64,000 nt of DNA from Candidatus Latescibacterota bacterium (GTDB lineage Bacteria > Latescibacterota > UBA2968 > UBA8231): contig CBDCDC010000002.1 in assembly GCA_965215195.1 (NCBI GenBank), positions 1,088,001 to 1,152,000 of the forward strand. The letters are read 5' to 3'. Position 1 is the first letter of the stretch, and each line of letters starts with the position of its first letter. The position numbers and the translations under genes are program-made. A model generated the notes under the pieces. It did no database searches. It saw only the letters and a program-made list of their open reading frames with translations, and was not told the origin of the DNA. This document shows positions 58,888-64,000 of the stretch, one piece after another.

Positions 58888-59789
58888 GTACCGCGAGCCA
58901 TAAGCTCCTGTTGGGATTTTTGGGCTTCAGCGTTTTGATTTTTGCCGCGGCCGCGCTCGTGCGGGAGGACGCGACCTATGCTGCGGACCATTCAGCCAGC
59001 CTCACCTTCCCCCTCGCGAGTTACGACCTCAAAAAACCAGCGCGGCGTTTTAAGCTGCCCAAGCAGTGGCGGGAGATTTCCGGCTTGACCGTGCTCGCAG
59101 AGAACCGAATCCTCGCGCACGATGACGAAAGGGGCGTGGTATGCGAGATCGATTATCGCGCTGGGACGATTGTAAAGGCGTTCGCACTCAGCGATCGGCG
59201 CAATCCGGTCGCCGACGATTTTGAAGGCATTGCGGCGGCGGAAGGCCGCCTGTACCTCGTCTCGAGTGCCGGGCGATTATACGAGTTTGGCGAAGGGGCC
59301 GACCAAGAAACCGTTCTCTACAATCTGTACACAACCGGCATTGGACGAGACCACGAAATAGAGGGACTCGCCTACGACCCGGACCAACGGGTGCTGTTGC
59401 TGGTCAGCAAAAACCCTAGGAATCCTCAGTTAGCCGACCACATAGCGATATACCGCTGGTCCCTCGATACCAAGCAGCTCGTCGAAGATGGCCGCATCCT
59501 CATACCGGTCGCCGAGCTTGCACACCGCATTGACCGCAAACAATTCCAACCTTCGGGCATTGAGCGACACCCGCTCTCGGGAAACTACTTTGTCGTCGCC
59601 GCCCGCCAGCGCGCCATTGCCGAGATTACCCCGCAGGGACAGGTCCTCGCCGTCGCCAAGTTGGCGGCCGATCGACATCCACAGGCCGAGGGCATCGCGT
59701 TTACTGCCGACAATACCCTAATCATATCCGACGAAGGGGCGAACAAGCGTGCGACCCTGACTTTTTACCCGGTTGCAAAGGGCCGGTAA
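58884..59789 (+). CDS. SdiA-regulated (YjiK-like) beta-propeller protein
   Basis: LP...REISGL, HDDE.G, DFEGIA, EGLAYD, QAEGIAF and SDEG. Confidence 0.8.
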   Translation: MSTASHKLLLGFLGFSVLIFAAAALVREDATYAADHSASLTFPLASYDLKKPARRFKLPKQWREISGLTVLAENRILAHDDERGVVCEIDYRAGTIVKAFALSDRRNPVADDFEGIAAAEGRLYLVSSAGRLYEFGEGADQETVLYNLYTTGIGRDHEIEGLAYDPDQRVLLLVSKNPRNPQLADHIAIYRWSLDTKQLVEDGRILIPVAELAHRIDRKQFQPSGIERHPLSGNYFVVAARQRAIAEITPQGQVLAVAKLAADRHPQAEGIAFTADNTLIISDEGANKRATLTFYPVAKGR

Positions 59790-59853
59790 TTGCGACTCCG
59801 ACCGGACACCGGACGGCAGCCGGAATTTTGCGACCACCCGGCGTTGCGGTGAC

Positions 59854-61008
59854 GTGAACTGCACAAAAAAAGCGGGGTGCCGGCGCGGTTTTGGGCAAGG
59901 GATCGCTCTGCTTTTGGCCCTCGCCGTGGTCGTCGCCGGTTGCCAAGCCGGGCGGCTGCCGGGGGCAAACTACGGCGCCGGCGAGGAGCCGTACATCCGG
60001 CCGGACCTCCCAGCAGAAGCGGTCGCAGTCGGCGGGCAAGTCGCGTATCGCGTCATCTTGGTCGGCGACACCGGGGAGCCGCTTGCGGGCGATCCCACCT
60101 TAGCCGCAATCGGGCGCTGGGCGGTTCCGCGGGAGCGGGCCGCGGTCGTGTTGCTGGGGGACAACCTCTACCCGTCGGGGCTTGCAGCCGATGACCGCGC
60201 CCGGGGTGAAGCCATTTTGCGCCAGCAGCTTGCGGCCACCTCGGCGCTGCGGATTTTCGTGCCGGGCAACCACGATTGGGGATCTTCACCACAAGACTGG
60301 ACGGGAGCGCGCGTCGTCGCCCAGCAGGAGTTCGTGCTTGCGTGGCCGGAGGGCGATGTGGACTTCCTGCCCCGCGATGGATGCGCCGGCCCGGCCGTGC
60401 GCGAGTTGCTCAAGCCTATGGACGGGCTGGAGCGGGGGGTTGCGGTCGTCGCTATTGACTGGATGCCTTGGTTCTCCTCGGTCGCCGACACCAGTAGGTG
60501 CCCGGACGGGGATTTCGCGGCGCGGCTTGACGCGGCCTTTGCGGCCCTAAAGAGGCATTTCGTGGTCGTGGTGAGCCACTTTCCGCTGCGCTCGGGCGGT
60601 ACTCACGCTGGCTTTAGCCGCGGCTTCATCATCGACCGCATCATCGACTTCTATCACCTGCTGCGCCCGCGGCCGCCCCTCGATCTGGACCATCCGCAAT
60701 ACAGGGTCCGCGCCCAGCAGGTCCAAGACGCGCTCGCCAAGCATCGTCCCCTCGTCTATGCGGCCGGGCACGATCACAGCTTACAGCTTTTCGCGGCCGA
60801 TGAAGTTGCGCGGATGCACATCGTCAGCGGGGCGGGTTCGGCCGGCAAAGTGTCGCCCGTGACGGCCGTGGCCGGGACGATTTTCGCCCACGCCGTCCCC
60901 GGCTTCGCCGTACTCGATTTCGCAACCCACGACGGAGTTGACATCCCGATCGTGCGCATCGTGCAAACCGGGCGGGAAGCGCCCGTGTTCCAGATGCGCC
61001 TTCCGTAG
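59854..61008 (+). CDS. Calcineurin-like metallophosphoesterase lipoprotein (start uncertain)
   Basis: GDTG, LGDNLYP.G, PGNHDW, AGHDHSLQ and VSGAGS. Confidence 0.88.
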   Translation: MNCTKKAGCRRGFGQGIALLLALAVVVAGCQAGRLPGANYGAGEEPYIRPDLPAEAVAVGGQVAYRVILVGDTGEPLAGDPTLAAIGRWAVPRERAAVVLLGDNLYPSGLAADDRARGEAILRQQLAATSALRIFVPGNHDWGSSPQDWTGARVVAQQEFVLAWPEGDVDFLPRDGCAGPAVRELLKPMDGLERGVAVVAIDWMPWFSSVADTSRCPDGDFAARLDAAFAALKRHFVVVVSHFPLRSGGTHAGFSRGFIIDRIIDFYHLLRPRPPLDLDHPQYRVRAQQVQDALAKHRPLVYAAGHDHSLQLFAADEVARMHIVSGAGSAGKVSPVTAVAGTIFAHAVPGFAVLDFATHDGVDIPIVRIVQTGREAPVFQMRLP

Positions 61009-61047
61009 AGCCGGCCGGTCGCCCCTACAGGTGGATGACAGTACCCA

Positions 61048-63678
61048 CTAAAACATAAGCCCGGTGCGCAGGTACGCGCCGGTCAGGTCCTCGCCGTCCA
61101 TCACCGCCGCGCTCAACGTCGCCACGCGCTTGAGAAACGAAACCCAAAGCCCGCCGCCGGTGCCAATGTGCCAGCCATCGGCCTCCTCCAAGTCGGCGTC
61201 AAAAAATACCCGCCCCGCATCCACGGCCGCGAATGCGCCAAGTTCACCCGGAACCGGGAACCGGATTCGGGTCAGCCGCACCCGCAGTTCGCCGTTCCCG
61301 TAGAGGGCGGACTCGCCGGCGAAGCGGTCCTCGTGGAAGCCCCGTAGGTCGTCGGGGCCGCCGAGCGCGGCGGCTTCGTGGAACGGGAACGCGCCGCGGA
61401 CGGTTTTGCCGCCCACGCGCAGGGCGAGGGTGGGGAGGGTGGGCAAACCGGCTGACAGATACGCAGAGGCGTCGCCAGCAACGTGGCCAAAGGTCGATTC
61501 GACGTCCCACAGCGTTGGGTAGAGTTCGCCGCTGAGCCTGAACCGCACGCCCCGCCGGGCATGGCCCGGATTGTCGCGGGCGTCGTACACGAGTTCCCCG
61601 CCGACGCCGACCTGCCCGAAGGCCCCCGTCCCGTATAGCGGCGTCTCATAGGTGGCGATGAACTTCCCCTTGTTGTCGCGCAAAGGGGTGTCTGTAACCT
61701 TGAGGAGCGGCCCGCCGGTCACAGTCCACGTCCCCCGCGATGAAGAGAGCGCGGGCGCAAAGAGGAACTGCGCCTGCTCCACCTCGTAAAACGACTCGGC
61801 GTGCGGGACCGCAACGTCGTTGCCAAAGCCGTTGAAGCGAATCGCGTTGATGCCAGAGTATTCCATCTGCAGCAGACCGTCTAGGTCCCACAGCAGATGT
61901 CGAAACGTCCCGGAATAAGCAACCAAGGGCTTCGCTCCGGCGCTGGCGGCGACTCCGAGGCCGAGCGCGTGTTGCGACCTATACGGGTTCTTCCGATAGC
62001 CACGGCGTATCCGGGTGTAGAACAGCCCGGCGTAGGCACCGAGGTCCGGGCTGTAGCTGACGACCGGCAGCGCAACCGTCTCCCGGCCCCAATCGACGAC
62101 GTACCTGTCGGTGACTGCACCCGTGGGCGCCGGGCGCTTGTACGGCCGCTCGTCAATCAGGGCGGCGCGCACGTCGAAGCGGTTTTTGCCGCGTGCGTCG
62201 TAAAATCGCGTCATCCGCCGGCCAGCCCGCGACCGGTTGGCGTAGGCGTCGTCGCCGCCGCCGCCATCCACGTGGACCCTGATCTTGGCCCACTCCCCGA
62301 GGACGGCGATCTGATCGTCCCCGCCGCGTAGGTAGATCCTAACTTCCTCGGTCTCGTGGGGATACAGGGTGCGGCGGAAGTGCGGGGCGCTTTGCGTCCC
62401 GGCCAAGCGGATGCGAACCTCCAACGCGCCGTCCCCCCGGTGTTCCAGTTCGAGGTATTCGTCCTCGTCCGTCGCCTTGATCTCGACCTCTTCGCTGATC
62501 AGCGCGTAGTACCGCGCCGCAAACTCGTCGAGCTGGTCGCGACGCGCCTTCAGCGCCCGGGTGAGAAAATCTCCCACCTGCTCGTAGTACGGGTCCGGCA
62601 ACCGCCGGACGGCGTCGTCAATCACCGGGTCCGGCAGCTCGGCCTGCACCGCGGCAACCACCGAGTCCCACGCGCTCCACTCCAGCTCGGCCAGCAGCTC
62701 GCGGTCGATCTCCCAGCCGTTGCGGGGGAGTCCTCGGTGGTCCGGGTACTGCTCTTGAAAGCGGACGTACTTGGGCTCGATCCGGCGCACCAGCTTCATA
62801 AGCAGGCCATCGAAATCGATGAAGGCTTGGTCCCGGTCTTCGGGGATGGGCAACCACGTGTAGCAATCTCCGGCCGGAAACCGCGCCCAACGCCACTGGC
62901 CCGAGTGCCGGTCCTTGTCGTTGACGAGAAAATCGACGAGCCGCGCCTTGAGATAGGCGCGTGCATCCACCCGTTCGCAGGGCGTCTTTTCGAGGTGCTG
63001 GTACACCTTTTCCGTGCCGCTCACCTTGCGGGATCCGGCAAATCCCGGCTCGTCGCCGGCCGCTTCGGACGGATGTTCCTGCAAGGTGCCGATCAGCCCG
63101 GCGAACTCTTGGCGATACGCTCCCAAGCGCGGATCGTCGGGGATCACCACTAGCTGATGCGGCGCATGCAGGATTCCGGTCGCCTCCATCAGCGCATCCA
63201 CCACCAGCGCCCCGGCCGGCAGCAGGGCACTCATGAGATCTTGGATCGCATCCTCGACGACGGTCTGCTTGAGTTCCTCCATCAGCCGCTTGGATGGATC
63301 CTTGTCGAGGGAACGCACGGTGTAACGGCGGCCGTCTTGGCCCACAAAGTGCAGCGAAATGGACTGGCCGAAGCCGCCCGTGCGCAATGGCGACAGCCCG
63401 CCGCCCACTGCGTCGAGATCGAGCACCGGCACCTCAATCGGCGTCGTCCAGAGCTGGCGATAGTTGCGGCCGTAAATCCACTGCTGCAAACGGCCTGCTT
63501 TGAATCGCTCGCCCGGGACAGCCACATGCATCGTGTCGCCCTTTTGCGGGATGGAGCGGTGAATTAGCTGGCCGGCCTTGGCCACTACCGCATCAGTACC
63601 CCCAAGATGCAGGGCGACGACAAACAAAACACTCGCTCGGCGACGCAGGTAGCGGATCGGGTGCTTGTTGGGGTTCAT
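61048..63678 (-). CDS. Omp85 (BamA/TamA-family) protein with an N-terminal kinase-like domain
   Basis: GG.Q..SL and DKDRH.GQWRW in the N-terminal part; LGG.DDLRGF..DRFAG, D.GRVF and terminal GLMF in the barrel. Confidence 0.8.
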   Translation of the reverse strand: MNPNKHPIRYLRRRASVLFVVALHLGGTDAVVAKAGQLIHRSIPQKGDTMHVAVPGERFKAGRLQQWIYGRNYRQLWTTPIEVPVLDLDAVGGGLSPLRTGGFGQSISLHFVGQDGRRYTVRSLDKDPSKRLMEELKQTVVEDAIQDLMSALLPAGALVVDALMEATGILHAPHQLVVIPDDPRLGAYRQEFAGLIGTLQEHPSEAAGDEPGFAGSRKVSGTEKVYQHLEKTPCERVDARAYLKARLVDFLVNDKDRHSGQWRWARFPAGDCYTWLPIPEDRDQAFIDFDGLLMKLVRRIEPKYVRFQEQYPDHRGLPRNGWEIDRELLAELEWSAWDSVVAAVQAELPDPVIDDAVRRLPDPYYEQVGDFLTRALKARRDQLDEFAARYYALISEEVEIKATDEDEYLELEHRGDGALEVRIRLAGTQSAPHFRRTLYPHETEEVRIYLRGGDDQIAVLGEWAKIRVHVDGGGGDDAYANRSRAGRRMTRFYDARGKNRFDVRAALIDERPYKRPAPTGAVTDRYVVDWGRETVALPVVSYSPDLGAYAGLFYTRIRRGYRKNPYRSQHALGLGVAASAGAKPLVAYSGTFRHLLWDLDGLLQMEYSGINAIRFNGFGNDVAVPHAESFYEVEQAQFLFAPALSSSRGTWTVTGGPLLKVTDTPLRDNKGKFIATYETPLYGTGAFGQVGVGGELVYDARDNPGHARRGVRFRLSGELYPTLWDVESTFGHVAGDASAYLSAGLPTLPTLALRVGGKTVRGAFPFHEAAALGGPDDLRGFHEDRFAGESALYGNGELRVRLTRIRFPVPGELGAFAAVDAGRVFFDADLEEADGWHIGTGGGLWVSFLKRVATLSAAVMDGEDLTGAYLRTGLMF

Positions 63679-63714
63679 TCGCACTAATTTTAGCGGAGAA
63701 TTTTCAGAAAGCAC

Positions 63715-64000
63715 CTACTCAAACGCTTTCTCCAACGCATCTGGAAACACGTGGACCTGGCTTTTATATGCCTTTCGCAACTCGGCCAATAGCGCATCCA
63801 TAGCCTCGGTTTCGGCCCGCATTCGCAGGGCCGCGCGAATGCTCTCGCGCACCAAAGCAAAATCCACTACCCGGCCATCGGCGCGGGTAAACTGGTCGCG
63901 GTGCTGGTCGTAAAAGGCCCGCACGGCCGCGTCGCCGATTTGCCCGACCTGTTCGGCCTCGGCTTGGTAGAGCCGCTTGACCAACAGGGCGTCTCGTTCC
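63715..64000 (-). CDS. 3' end of a SurA/PpiC-like chaperone (partial)
   Basis: VRAFYDQHRDQF...FALVRESIRAAL...LAELRKAY..QV.V. Confidence 0.55.
   Translation of the reverse strand, partial: ERDALLVKRLYQAEAEQVGQIGDAAVRAFYDQHRDQFTRADGRVVDFALVRESIRAALRMRAETEAMDALLAELRKAYKSQVHVFPDALEKAFE

Noticed and set aside
1-64000. CRISPR array, rRNA or tRNA genes
   Set aside because: No regularly spaced repeat-spacer run or recognisable structural RNA was seen by eye.

Overview
GC-rich bacterial chromosome segment. The C-terminal TWGKIK motif, repeated FlgD/CHU_C-type tails, CRTAC1, sulfatase, PhyH and Uma2 genes suggest a Latescibacterota-like organism (inference). Several AT-richer islands interrupt it. 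Main points: (1) A complete lasso-peptide cluster at 34905-40771. Its 45-aa precursor (37419-37556; core GGTSAGSETVGGKDEFFKEA) is missing from the ORF track, and a JmjC/Cupin_4 oxygenase leads the operon. (2) Directly upstream is an ECF sigma factor fused to DNA sliding-clamp (DnaN) domains II-III. It keeps the clamp peptide-pocket motifs and carries its own clamp-binding-like motif (QLNLL), so it is a candidate new one-component sensor. (3) A BlaI/M56 pair whose promoter and operators were duplicated in front of an operon for a secreted six-Cys peptide, a CxxC/FMN protein, a thioredoxin-fold protein, a beta-propeller and a broken ABC permease. (4) Four IS elements, three MITEs and three inactivated toxin-antitoxin loci. 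(5) A restriction-modification pair ending in an attC-like site, inserted into a large uncharacterised surface-protein operon. All assignments come from reading motifs by eye; no searches were run.
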